This document shows positions 50,398 to 63,913 of a stretch of DNA of 64,000 bases, in pieces. The DNA is from Lama guanicoe (taxonomy: Eukaryota), in NCBI GenBank assembly GCA_013239625.1, contig MU056050.1, forward strand, positions 1,598,084 through 1,662,083. The letters are read 5' to 3'. The number at the start of each line of letters is the position of its first letter. The stretch's first letter is position 1. Below the pieces are notes generated by a model. It saw only the letters and a list, made by a program, of their open reading frames with translations, searched no databases and had not been told where the DNA came from. The translations under genes and the position numbers were made by a program.

Positions 50398-51700
50398 GAG
50401 AGAAGCAAGATGGCAGAGTAGAAGGACGCTTGTAGCTCACCCTTTCCCACAAATACACCAAAACTCACATCTACGGACCCACTCAGCCAACCAGAGCACC
50501 TGCCGAACTCTGACAGAACATCGCCCTCTTCAAAAGACAAAGACGCCAAAAATCTGGTAGGAGAAAAGGAAAAAAGAAAGAAGCAAAAGCAAAACAGTGC
50601 GGGACCGATCCCGTGGGGAAGGAGCTGCAAAGGAGGACTGGCGCTCGTTTGCTGGGTCACCCCTCTCCAGTGGAGAGGCCAGCGGGACAGAGGGGGAGCC
50701 TCAGAGGCTCAGATCTGCCCAGAGTACCCCTTGACCGACAGAACTGAGTTAAACAGGCACAAAGGGTCCCCGCGACAACCCCCCTGAGACCTGAGCCGGT
50801 GGCTGGGGCCAGGACAGGCCACCCGAGTCAGGCAGAGGACTTAGGCGGCTGCACTGAGGCAGCCCCGGGGGGCTGCAGGGGGCTTTGTGCTGTGGCTGGG
50901 AGGGGATATGGAGCAGAACAACCTTGGTCCCCCATAAATTGCAAAAAAAAGCAAAGCAACATGGCTGGTGTGCCCTGAGGGGAAGGGCGCCATAGCCTTT
51001 GTCTCCTAGGACCTGTGCCGCCATTACTGGCACTTTTCTCGAGAAGAGAGGTGGGGCGCAGCCACCACCGCCATCTCCTCTTGTGCGCTACGCCCAGGCA
51101 GGGGCGGGGCTGAGAAGTGAATCCGCACCCGGGGGCTCCGCAACCTCCTAGGCAGGACTGAGACTTATTTACAGCCTGAAGCAGATAGGATCCTTCTGCC
51201 CTGGCACCTCAGAGAACTCTTGCCACCAAGACAAACAAGGAGCTGAGATTTGGCCCAGAGCAGGGGTGGGGCCGTTCCGCAGTCTTCCCCGAGCCCGCCT
51301 TTGGAGCGCCCACCCGAGGTGGAGTGGGCAGCTGCACAGAGCAGCAGAGCAACCGGCGCCAGGAGAGGGCAGGCGGCTCCCCGCCCACCTGGCAGGAATA
51401 AAGCACCTGACCACGGTGCTGGGAAGGGGCACGATCAGCCCACCTGCCTCCCCTGAGCCCAGCATCTGACTGCAGCATCGGGAGGGGGAGTGACCCACCC
51501 GCCCACCAGGTAAGAGCTCAGTACCTGACCCAGTGTTGGGGTGGGGGGGGCGATCTGCTAGCCAACAGCCACTGGGAGCAACACAGACAAGGGCGCCAAT
51601 GGAGGGCCTCTGCAAACAGCAAGCTGAGTACGTGAAACAGGGTGAAGACGCAAAGACCTCTCAATAAAATCATTAAGAGCACACAGTCTCCAGGAGAACT
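50398..51700 (+). promoter_or_regulatory. L1 internal promoter / GC- and CpG-rich 5' UTR
   Basis: YY1-type CAAGATGGC at the 5' end, GC box GGGGCGGGGC near 51100, many retained CpGs unlike the rest of the window. Confidence 0.7.
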
Positions 51701-51739
51701 AGATAACTGATACTCCTTAAGCCACAGTGCCAGAAAGAT

Positions 51740-52629
51740 ATGAGCAAGATGAAGCAGCAGAGGAACCACTCCCAATTAAAAGAGCAAGAGAAATCCCCTG
51801 AAAGCATGATCAAGGAAATAGACATTGATGGCCTATTAGATCAAGATTTCAAAAAAGGACTGACCAAAGTACTGAAGGAACTAAAAGAAATAGTGTTTAG
51901 AGATACAAAATAGGTCAAAAATGAAATAGAAGCTATAAAGAAGAACCAAGTAGAATTAGTAAACTCATTTGTTGAGATGAGAGCTGACCTAAAGGCTGTA
52001 CAAAGCAGGCTAGATAATGCAGAGGAACAAAAAAGTGACCTTGAAGACAGGACAACAGAAAGCATCCAATCAAAACAGGTGAGAGAAAAGCAATTGAAAA
52101 CAATATAAGGGACCTATGGGATAATATAAAGCATGCCAATCTATGCATAATAAGGGTTCCAGAAGGGCAAGAAAGAACAAAGGGGATTGAAAAGGTATTG
52201 GAAGAAATCATGACTGAAAACTTCCTAAACCTAAAGGAATCAGATATCCAAGTACAGGAGGCTCAGAAGGTCCCAAACAGGAAGAACCCAAACAGACCCA
52301 CACCAAGACATATCATCATCAAGATGGCCAGAGTCAAGGATAAAGAAATGATCCTAAAGGCAGCAAGAGAAAAACAAAGAGTGAGTTACAAGGGAACCCC
52401 CATAAGGCTCTCAGCTGATTTCTCTACACAAACACCACAGGCCAGAAGGGAGTGGCAAGATATATTCAAAGTCCTGAATGAAAAAAAGATGCAGCCTAGG
52501 ATACTCTCTCCAGCAAGGCTATCCTTTAGAATAGAAGGAGAGATAAAGAACTTCACAGACAAGCAAAATCTAAAAGACTTTAGCAACACTAAACTCATGC
52601 TAAAAGAAATATTCACAGGTCTACTCTAA
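51740..52629 (+). pseudogene. L1 ORF1p (RNA-binding protein), disrupted
   Basis: Begins MSKMKQQRNHSQLKEQEKSPE, TAG near 51911. C-terminal ORF 52198-52629 has RPTPRHIIIKM, ILKAAREK, YKGTPIRLSADFS and ARREW. Confidence 0.92.
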
Positions 52630-52843
52630 ATAGAAAAGAAGCAGGATGCTACAAAAATGAGAAACTCATAACTGGAAAGGAGATAACTGCCATGAATTAC
52701 AAAAAAGAATAAACACAAAATTGTAAAAGAAGACATCTAAATCATTAAGAGTGGGAGAGGGAAGCAAGGAAAGCCACTGTGGAAAACAGTATGGAGATTC
52801 CTCAAAAGACTAGGAATAGACTTACCATATGACCCAGGAATCC

Positions 52844-53019
52844 NNNNNNNNNNNNNNNNNNNNNNNNNNNNNNNNNNNNNNNNNNNNNNNNNNNNNNNNN
52901 NNNNNNNNNNNNNNNNNNNNNNNNNNNNNNNNNNNNNNNNNNNNNNNNNNNNNNNNNNNNNNNNNNNNNNNNNNNNNNNNNNNNNNNNNNNNNNNNNNNN
53001 NNNNNNNNNNNNNNNNNNN
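52844..53019. other. Assembly gap (176 N)
   Basis: Run of n characters. Confidence 1.
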
Positions 53020-55775
53020 CTTGTGGTTGCTGAGGGGGTGGAGGATGGGAAGGGACAGACTGGGATTTTAAAATGCAGAACAGATAAACAAGATTATACC
53101 GTATAGCACAGGGAAATAAATGCAAGATTTTGTGATATCTTACAGTGAAAAAAAAATGTGACAATGAATATATATATGTTCATGTATAACTGAAAAATTG
53201 TGCTCTACACTAGAATTTGACACAACATTGTAAAATGACTATTACTCAATAAAAAAAATGTAAAAAATAAATAAAAATAAATAAATAAATAAATAAGAAC
53301 TATTAAATCTTAAAAAAAAAAAAATTCCCAATGAAGAAAAGCCTGGGACCAGATAGTTTCACTGACAAATTTTGCTAAACTTCTAAAGAATTAACATTAA
53401 TTCTAATTAGTATTTAAAACACTAGAAGAGGAGGAAAACTTCCTAATTCATTCTGAGTCCATTTTTAATACAATATCAAAGCCAGACAATGATACCTCAA
53501 GAAGAAAAAATTACAGACCAATATTACTTAATATAGATGCAAAATCCTCAACAAAATACTAGCAAACTAAACCATGAACAAGTGGGATTTATTCCAGGAA
53601 TGCTAGAGCGGTTCAGCATAAAGAAATCAATTAATACAATACAGACTGAAGTGGAAAAGAAGACACTATCATCTCAATTGATATAACAAAGGCATTTGAC
53701 AAAATCCAACATTGTTTCATTATAAAAGCTCTCAGAAAACCAGTAATAGAAAGAAAGTTCCACAACATGATAAATGACATTAATGGAAAAACCACAAGTA
53801 ATAACATACTCAGTGGTGAAAGACTGAAGGCTCTCTCCCTAAGATCAGGAACAAGATATGGATGCCCACTTTTACCACTGCTATTCATCATTGTATTGGA
53901 AGTTTTAGAGCAATTAGACAAGGAAAAAAATAATAAAAACTAGATAGGAAGAAGTAAAACTATCTATATGCCCAGATGACATGGTCTTTGACATAGAAAA
54001 TCCCAAATAACACACACACAAAATATTCGAGCTAATAAACTAATTGCACAAATTTGCATGTTTCAAAATCAATACTCCAAAATCAGTTTTGTTTCTACCC
54101 ACTATCAATCAACAATCTTAAAAGGTAATTAAGAAATCAATTTCATTTTTATAGCATCAAAAAAGAGTAAAATGCCTAGGAACAAATTTAACCACAGAGG
54201 TGAAAGACATGTATGCTGAAACTACAAAAAATGGCTGAAAGAAATTAAAGAAGATCTAATTAGATGGAAGACATCCTGTGTTCATGGATTGGAAAACTTA
54301 ACATTGTTAAGATCTCAACACTGTACAAATTGATCTACAGATTGGACACTATCATTAGCAAAATCTAACAGACATTTATCCAGAAAAGGAAAAGGTAATC
54401 CTAAAATTCATACATAATTGCAAGGGGCCCTAATAACCAAAACAATCTGCAAAAAGAAAAAAGTTGGAGGACTCAAACTTCCTGATTTAAAATTTATTAC
54501 AAAGCCACAGTAATCAAAATGGTTTTGTGCTACCATAAGGATGGATATACAAACCACTACAACAAAATTGAGAGTCAGTGAATAAATTCCATATACCTAT
54601 GGCCAACAGATTTTTGATAAAGGTGCCAAGTCCATCCAGTGGAGAAAAAAATTGTCTTTTCAACAAGTTGTGCTGGGATAACAAGATTTCCACCAGCAAA
54701 AATGTAAAATTGGATCCTACTTCACGCATTATATAAAAATTAACTCAAAATGGGCCAAAATTCATAAATATAAGTGCTAAACCATAAAACTCTTAGAGAA
54801 AACATAGGGGTAAATCTTCATGAACTTGGATTCTTAGTTATGACATTAAAAGCATGAGTAACAAAATAAATAGACTTCATAAAAATTTAAAACTTTGGTG
54901 TATCAAAGGACATTATCAAGAAAGTGAAAATACAATCTATAGAATGGAAGAAAATATTGGCAAATCCTATATTTGATAAATGTTTGATATTGACATAAAG
55001 AACTCTTACAACTCAACTACAAAATGACAAACAACCCAGTTAAAAATGATCAAAGGACTTGAAAACACATTTCTCCAAAAAAGATATCCAAATGTACCAT
55101 AAGCACATAAAAAGCTGTACATTAGTCATTAGGAAAATGCAAATATAAAATATAATTTTTACCACAACATATCTAATAGGATAGCTATAATAAAAAGAAA
55201 ACAGGAAATAACAAGCACTGGTGAGAAAGTGAAGAAATTGCAACACTCATACATTACTAGCATATATGTAAAAAAGAAAAACACTGTGAAACAGTTTAGT
55301 TGTTCCTCAAAAAGTTAAACACAGAATTATCATATAAGCCAGCATTTTCATTCCTAAGTATATACCCCAAAGAACTCAAACAGGGAATCAAAGTGACATT
55401 TGTATACCAATATACACTGCAGTATTATTCACAATAGGCAAAAGATGGACTCCAAATGTCCAGACGAATAGATAAACAAAAATGTAGTATTTACGTACAA
55501 CTGAATGTTATTTAGCCATAAAAGGAATGAAACTCTAGTACAAGCTATAATATGGGTGAACCTTGAAAACATTATGTTAAATGAAATCAGTCAGACACAA
55601 AAGGAAAAATATTGTATGATTTCACTTTTATGAAATATCTTGGATCAGCAAATTCATAGAGACAAAAAATAGATTTGAGTTTACAAGGAGCTAGGAGGGA
55701 AGGGAGCACGGAATGGATAGTTATTGCTTAATGGGTATAGATTTTCTGTTTGAGAGGATGAAAATTTTTGGAAGA

Positions 55776-58700
55776 CAGCAGGAAAACTGCCAAACACTTA
55801 GAAACTAAACTACACACTTCTAAATAATCCAAGGGTCAAGGAGGAAGTCTCAAGGAAATTGAAAAGAAATATCTTGAACTAAATGAAAATAAACATACAA
55901 CATAGCAAATTTTGTGGGGAATAGCTGAAGCAAGGTTGAGAGGAAAATTTATAGCACTAAAAAACATTACCCAAAAATGAAACATCTCAAATAAATAGTA
56001 TAGTAATATAATCTCACTTGAAGAGCCTAGAGAAAGAGGAGCAAAATAATACCAAAGCAATTAGAATGAAGGAAATAATAAAGAATAGGATCAATGAAAT
56101 TAGAAAGAGGAAAGCAATAGAGAAAGTCAAAAAGACAAAGAGCAGGTTCTTTGAAAAGATCAATAAAATTGACAAACCTCTAGCAAGAATGACAAAGACA
56201 AAATAACCCATGGTCAAAGTGGAATATATTTGGAGTTAAATGAAGGCAAATTCACAGCATATCAAAATTTATGGGACACAGCTAAAGCAGTGCTGAAAAT
56301 AAAACATGTTAGTAAAGAAGAAAGGCCTAAAATGAATAAGATAATGTTTTCCCTTAAGAAATTAGGAAAAGAACAATTCAACACAAGGCATGCTGAATGA
56401 AGAAATTAAGAGAGACAAGGGCAAAAATCAGTAAAATTTAAAACAGAGAAAAATCAATGAAACTAAATGGTGATTATTCTAAAAGATAAAAGAGATACAC
56501 CTCTAAAACTTATGAAATCAAAAGAAAGAGCAAAGACAAATTACCAATATCAGAAATGAAATAGCAGCTATCAGTATACATGCTCCAGGAATTAAAAGCA
56601 TAAGATTAAGAAAAATTCTATGCCAATCAATTTAATTATTTAAATAAAATGGACCTAATCCTTGAAAGTCATAAATTACCAAATGTCACTGAAGAAGAAA
56701 CTGATTACCTAAACAAGCTTATTTAGTAAGTAAGTTGAATTTTTAGTTAAAATCTTTTGCACAGAGAAAAGTCCAGCCCTAAATGACTTTACTGGTAAAT
56801 TCTATTAGACATTTAAGGGAAAATTCACACCAGTACTGAAAGAACTCTTCTAGAAAATAGAGAAGGAACATTTCCAAATAATTTTATAAGGTTAAAATTA
56901 CTCTAACATCAAATGTGACAGATGTATTACAAGAAAAGGCAGCTAGAGATCAGTATCTCTTATGAACTTTGACAGAAAAATCCTTAACAATATATTAGCA
57001 AATCAAATCCAGCAATATATAGGAAGGATAATGCTTTCTTTGATATGACCAAGAGGTCATATCATTTACAGGCATATGTCATTTTATTGCACCTCACTTT
57101 CTTGCACTTCCCAGGTAACTGTTTTTTTTTACATACTGAAGGTTTGCAAAAACCCTGCCTTGAGCAAGTCTATCAGCACTTGCTCACTTCAAATCTCTGA
57201 GTCACATTTTGGTAATTCTCGTAATGTTTCAAACTTTTCCATTATTATTATATTTGTTGTGGTGATCTGTGATCAGTTACCTTTGATGTTACTACTGTAA
57301 TTGTTTTGGGGCACCATGAACTGGGCCCAAATAAGACAGTAAACTTATTTCATAAATGCTGTATGTGTTCTGACTGCTCCACCAACAGGCTGTTCCCCAG
57401 TTTCTCCTTCCCCTTGGACCCCCCCTATTCCCTGAGACACAACAATATAGAAATTAGGCCAATTAATAATGTTACAATGGCCTCGACGTGTTCAAGTAAA
57501 AGGAATAGTCACATGTCTCTCACTTTAAATCAAAAACTAGAAATGATTAAGCTTAATGAGGAAGCATTTCACAAGCTGAGATGGGCTAAAAGTTAGGCCC
57601 CCTGCACCAAACAGCCAAACTGTGAGTGCAAAAGGAAAATTCTTGAAGGAAATTAAAAGTGCTACTCCAATGAACACATGAATGATAAGAAAGTAAAACA
57701 GTCTTGTTGCTGATATGAAGAAATTTGAGTGGTCTGGATAGAAAATCAAACCAGCCACAACATTTCCTTAAACCAAAGTCTAATCCAAAGAAAGGCTCTA
57801 ACTCTCTTTAATTCTATGAAGGCTGAGAGAGGTGATGAAGCTTCAGAAGAAGTTTCAAGCCAGGAGATGGTGGTTCATGAGGTTTAAGGAAAGACGCCAT
57901 CTCCATAACATAAAAGTACAAGGTGAAGCAGTAAGTGCTGATGTAGAGCTGCAGCAAGTCATCCAGAAGATATAGCTAAGAAGGTGGCTACACTAAACAA
58001 CAGATTTTCAATGCAGATGAAACAGAAGAGCTATAGGAATAAGATACCATCTTGGAATTTTCATAGCTAGAGAGGAGAAGTCAATGCCTGGCTTCAAAGC
58101 TTCAAAGGACAGTCTGACTCTTTTGTTAGGGAGAGAGCAGCTGGTGGTTTGAACTTGAAGCCAATGCTCATTTACCATTCTGAAAATCCTAGGGTCCTTA
58201 AGAATTATGCTAAATTGACTCTGCCTATGCATCATAAATGGAACAACGAAGCCTAGATGACATCACGTCTTTTTATAACATGGTTTACTGAATATTTAAG
58301 CCCACTTTTGAGAACTATTGCTCAGAAAAAAGATTCCTTTCAAAATATTACTGCTCAGTGATAATGTACCTGGTTACCCAAGAGCTCTGATGGAGGCGGA
58401 CAATGAGATTAATGTATTCATGCTTGCTAACACAGCATCCATTCTGCAGCCCATAGATCAAGGAGTCAACTTTCAAGTCTTAGGATTTAAGAGTTACATT
58501 TCATGAGGCTACAGCTGCCATAGATAGTGATTCCTCTGATAAATCTGGGAAAAGTAAATTAAAAACTTTCTGGAAAGGATCCACCCTTCTAGATGTCATT
58601 AAGAACATTCATGATTCATGGGAAGAAGTCAAAATATCAGCATTCACAGGAGTTTGGGAGAAGTTGATTCCAACCCTCATGGATGACATTGAGGGGTTCA

Positions 58701-61575
58701 AGACTTCAGTGGAGAAAGTCACTTCAGATGTGGTGGAAATAGCAAGAGAACTAGAATTAGAAGTGGAGCCTGAACATGTGACTGAATTGCTGTGATCTCA
58801 TAAAATTTGAATGGATGAAAAGTTGCTTCTTATGGATGACCAAAGGAAATGGTTTCTTGAGATGGTATGTACTCCCAGTGAAGATTCTGTGAAGATCGTT
58901 GAAATTACAACAAAGTATTTAGAATACTACATAGACTTAGTTAATAAAGCAGCAGCAAATTTTGAGAGGACTGACTCCAATTTTGAAAGAAATTCTACTG
59001 TGGGTAAAATGCTATCAAACAGCAGTGCGTGCTACAGGTGAAATGTTCATGAAAGGGAGAGTTGATTGATATGGCACACTTCATTGTTGTCTTATTTTAA
59101 GAAATTGCCACAGCCACCCCAACCTTCAGCAACCACCATCTGTATCAGTCAGCAGCCATCAACTTCAAGGCAAGACCCTCCACCAGCAAAAGATTACAAT
59201 TTGCTAAAGGCTCAGATGATGGTTAGCATTTTTAGCAATAAATATTTTTTAAATTAAGGTATGTACATTGTTTTTTAAGATATAATGTTATTTCACACTT
59301 AATAAGCTATAGTATAGTGTAAATATGACTTTTATATGCACTGGGAAATCAAAAAACTCGTGTGACTTGCTTTATAATAATAATCGACTTAATGCAATTG
59401 TCTCGAACCAAACCCTCAATATCACCAACGTACGTCTCTATATAGACATAAAACAAGTAGAGTGTACTACAGGAATGTCAGATTGTTTCAACATTGGAAA
59501 ATCAACCAACATAAGTCAGAATATCAATAAGCAAAAGTAAAAAGTATATATGAGAATTTCAACAGATATAGAAAAAGCATTTAACAAAATTAAACATCTA
59601 TTCAAAAATTCTCAGAAAGCTGGGAATGTATAGAAATTTCCTCAACCCGAAAAAAGGCATGTATGAAATATCAACAGTGGACATTGAACTTCATGGAAAA
59701 AGACTGAATGTTTTCCTCTTCAGATGAGAAACAAGACAAGGATGTTCACTCTGAGCACTTGTGCTTAACGTTATACTGTAGGTCCTAGTCAGTGTAATCA
59801 GGTAGAAAAAAAATAATATAAAAGGCATCTAGATTTGAAAAGAAGAAATTAAACTGCCTTTATTCTCAGATGATATAATTGTCTATTTAGAAAATTACAA
59901 AGAGTCTTCCAACAAAAGCTATTATATCTGAGAAGCAAGATTTTAATCCTCACAGAATGCAAGGTCAATGTACCAAAATCAATTGAAATTCTCTACACCA
60001 GCAATGAAAGCTGCAAATTAGAATGAAGAAAACACTATCATTTATAACAATATCAAAATAGGAACTACTCATAAATAAATTAATACTCATAAATATGTAC
60101 TGTTTGTATGCTAAAAGGTACAAAACATTTCTGTGAGAGATTTAGAGAGGCCTATGTTATATACTGTAGTCACAGACTCGAAAATAATTTGTTAAGATTT
60201 CAGTTCTCCACAAATGGATGTACAAAATCTAGGTATTCTCAATCAAAATTCCAGCAGGCTTTTTTCCATAAGAACTATGACACTAATTATAAACTTTATG
60301 TGAAAAATCAAAGAATTTGTAATTCATACTACTTAATTTCAAGACTTACAGTCTATAGCTAGCAAGTCCATGCAACAGTGATATAAGCATAGACATACAG
60401 ATCTAGAGAACAGAATAGAAAATCCAACTATATATGTTAAACTGATTTTTTTGACAAATGTGCCAAGATAATTCACTGGAGAAAGATCAGTCTTTTAAAA
60501 AATGGCATTGGGAAATTTATGCATAAATAAATAAAACCTTGGTCACAATATCTACAAAGTCACAATATCTACAAAACTTAAATAAAAATATATTATAACC
60601 TAAATATAAAACATATAACTATAAAGCTTCTGAAAGAAACCCTGAAAAACATGTATGACCTTGATTGTACAAATATTTCATAGATAATACGCAAGAAATC
60701 AAAGTATAAAGAAAAAAATTGATAAATTAGATATAACCAAAATTAAAAGCTGCTACTCTTCAAAAGACAACTTTATAAAAATGAAAAGGTAAGCCACAGA
60801 CAAGGAGAAAATATTTGCCAAATACATATCTGATAAAGGACTTGTATCCAGAATATAAAAAGAACAACTTCAACTAAATAGTAATGAGGCAAATAATAAA
60901 ATTTAAAATAAGTAAAATCTGAACAGATAATTCATCAAAGAAGAGGTAGAGATTGCAGATAAACACAGGAAAAGATGGTCAATATCATAAACCATTGGGG
61001 AAATAGAAATTAAAGCCATTAGACACCTAGTAGGTTATCTCATTTTTAAAAACTGTAACTACCAAGTGCTGACAAAGACAAAGAACAAATTGAACTCTCA
61101 TACACTGCTGGTGAGGATGCAAATTATACAGGCATTTTAGAAAAGACTGAAACTTTCTTTTAATATTAAACATATACTTATATGAACCCACTGCTTCGAT
61201 CCTAGTAATTTACCCAAGAGAAACGAAAACATATGTGCAACACAAAGACCTCTACACAAATGTTCATGGCAATTTCATTATAGCCTCATAATAACCAAAA
61301 CTTGGAAACAATCCAAATCTTCGTCAACTAGTAAATGGCTAAAGAAACTGTGAAATAGTTACATAATGAGAACTATTTAGCAATAAAAAATAATGAACTA
61401 CTGATACACACAACAGCAAAAAGAATCTCAAAAGCATTCTAATTATTAGAAGCTAGAAACATTGTATATGTATAAAATTAAGCATATACATATATTTCTG
61501 TATGACTATACATATTTATATATGTATATTGTTATAGAGACAGAAATCAGAGCAGTGTTTCCAAGGGACTGGGAG
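55776..61575 (+). mobile_element. Old L1M ORF2 segments and truncated 3' UTR, split by Tigger1 (55776-57066, 59441-61575)
   Basis: ORF 56018-56206 has SRFFEKINKIDKPLARMTK. ORF2 text resumes after Tigger1; cagatgatata RT remnant near 59870. Confidence 0.85.
57069..59438 (+). mobile_element. Near full-length Tigger1 (TcMar/pogo) DNA transposon, decayed transposase
   Basis: TA|CAGGCATA left end and matching degenerate right end followed by TA. Transposase remnants [40 protein letters not shown] and [10 protein letters not shown]. Confidence 0.95.
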
Positions 61576-61579
61576 TGGA

Positions 61580-62105
61580 GCTCTAGATTTCACTTAAACT
61601 AAAAGCCAGTGTTCTTACAGTGGCCTACAAGGATTTAGGCAATCTGACACCTCAATTACCTCTCTGACCTCATCTCCTACTCTCTCATCACTTACTTTCT
61701 CTCAGCCACACTGGCCTCTTCACTGTATTCTTCAAACACACTAAGTACACTGCCATTTAGGGCTTTTGCATTGGCTATATCCTCTGCCTAGAACATTCTT
61801 TTCTAAGATACTCAGTTGGTTTACTCCCTCAAATCTTTATTCAAAACTTACTTTCTCAAGGAGGCCTACCCTGACCACCCTGTTTAATAATGATTCCTCC
61901 TTTCCACACACTCCAGACACTTGTCATCTTCTAACATATTAAATAACTTACTAATTGTGTTTATCCCTGTGTTATCTCCCCCTCTAGAATGAACTTCATG
62001 AGGGTAGAGATCTTTGCCTGATTTGTCTACTGGTTTGTCCCAAGCACATAAAACAGTGGGAGTTTGGTATATAGTAGGCTGAGATATTTATTAAATGAAT
62101 GAATA
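61580..62105 (+). mobile_element. L2 3' part
   Basis: cttacagtggcctacaagg...cagccacactggcctc...gaggcctaccctgaccaccct...atatttattaaatgaatgaat. Confidence 0.9.
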
Positions 62106-62461
62106 TTATATGCATAAAATGAATATATTAGTTATAAGAGAATGATTGCTTCCTTCTCCTTTTCATGGCCTGAAATTTTAAAATTTTTATTGAAATTTAG
62201 TTTATCTTGATAAGTTAATAAACTATGTAACATGTCAGTTGAATTTATATATTTATATGGAAACTCAAACACCTTTTGTAAAAGAGTCTAGGTCTAATAC
62301 ACAGTGAAAATGGTAAATAAACCACTTTGGTAAATTTGCCTCCTGATTCATTTCCTACCATAAGCCTTCCTTGACTATTTCCACCCTACCCTGATTATAC
62401 TTTTGCCCATATCTCATTATCACCCTATCCCTAGTTTATTTAGTTGTTTAAGTTATCTAGT

Positions 62462-62635
62462 TCAGTGACTGCCAAACCTGGTTAGTAATTAGGCTCACTG
62501 GAGAAATTTTTTAAATTGCAGATGCCTGGACTTTATCCCAAATATACTAAACAATGATCAATAGGCATAGAAACCTGAAATCTTTATTTTTAAGTATTTA
62601 TCTACATGATTTGGATGATCACCCAGATTTAGGGC
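62462..62635 (+). mobile_element. MER5-like hAT element
   Basis: cagtgactgccaaacctgg...ttaaattgcagatgcctgg...atgatttggatgatcacccagatttagg. Confidence 0.65.
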
Positions 62636-63409
62636 AAAGAACTCTGAACATGAGTTATAACTCCACAGCCAGATTCCAAGTTCCTAAAATAATGTAATGA
62701 AGTCTCCTGTGTTCACCACAAGACTAATTAGATAATAGGACCCTTAAATGTGGATGCTTGATAATCAGAACTAGTTAATCTTGTCCATGACATTTTATTT
62801 CATGGCAAGAGTAAATCTTCCCATTTCTATTAATATAAACAACTTAACTTTCAGGGCAATTCATAGCCCCCCATGGCCTGCCCACAGAGCTCTGAGCTTA
62901 GAACTCCATCCTCTAAACTGTCTTAGTCAAACTTCTCCTTTTTAAACAGTGATTACATGAGGTTCTTGCTTATTATGCTGATCAAACTTGCAGATGATCC
63001 AAAGATAGAATCCTATCATATGCTGAATGACATATGAGATCCAGAATTCCCTGAACATGTTAAAATGCTCAGCCAGAACCCAAATAGTGCAATTTCACAG
63101 AGACTGATGTTATTATTACATCATACACCAATCTGCTTTTAGGAATCTCTCCTGAAAATAATCAGAATTAGAAAAAAAATTTATGTACAAAGATGTTTAT
63201 TATAATGCTTTTAAAATATGCAAATAATTGTTACTCTAATTATTAAAAAACAGATTTAAGGAATGTTGAAAGGCACAGAGGAACAATTAAATTCTATGCA
63301 GAAATATTCCATGTAGAAACAACTAATGTACACATGCTGAGGTATTGCCTTTTATTTCATTACTGTAAATGTTTTTTCTTATAAAACTGTAATTATACAT
63401 ACATAATAT

Positions 63410-63867
63410 ATTTTTACTGAAGTATAGTCAGTTTACAACATCGTATCAATTTCTGGTGTAAAGCACAATATTTCAGTCACACGTATACATACATATATTT
63501 GTTTTTACATTCTTTTTCATTGTAGGTTACTACAAGACATTGATTATAGTTCCCTGTGCTATACAGTGGAAACTTCTGTCTATCTATTTTATAGATAGTA
63601 GTATCTGCAAATCTCGAACTCCCAATTTATCCCTTCCCACCCCCTTTCCCCTTTGGTAACCATAGTTTTTTTTCTATATCCATGAGTCTGTTTTGGGTTT
63701 GTAAATAGAATTTGTATCACTTTTTTTTTAGATTCCACATATAAATGATATCATGTGATTATTTGTCTTTCTCTGTCTGACTTCACTTAATATAATCTCT
63801 AGGTCCATCCATGTTGCTGCAAATGGCATTATTTCATTTTTTTTTAGGCTGAGTGTATATGTGTGTG

Positions 63868-63913
<46 letters not shown>

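Larger units (their letters stand above)
50398..53318 (+). mobile_element. Young ORF1-only L1 (HAL1-like) with CpG-rich 5' UTR, poly(A) and TSD
   Basis: Starts gagagaagcaagatggc. ORF1 ATG 51740 to stop 52629. Jumps at about 52772 to the ORF2 terminus agccactgtggaaaacagtatggag. TSD AAAAATTTCCCA (50386-50397) / AAAAAATTCCCA (53319-53330). Confidence 0.92.
48470..55775 (+). mobile_element. Old L1 (L1MB-like): ORF1 end, decayed ORF2 and partial 3' UTR, interrupted at 50398-53318
   Basis: EN remnants from about 49080. ORF2 reads through the insertion site as IKNFP|MKKSLGPDSFTDKF. RT remnant near 53960-53990 (cagatgacatg). 3' end aaattcatagagaca...ttaatgggtatag. Confidence 0.9.

Noticed and set aside
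50749..51775. Several overlapping GC-rich ORFs (up to 148 aa)
   Set aside because: They lie in the L1 5' UTR, where high GC suppresses stops; no recognisable protein motifs.
52802..53164. ORFs of 120 and 80 aa containing X runs
   Set aside because: Artefacts of the N gap.
57476..59100. Tigger1 transposase as a domesticated TIGD1-like gene
   Set aside because: Multiple stops and frameshifts fragment the ORF.
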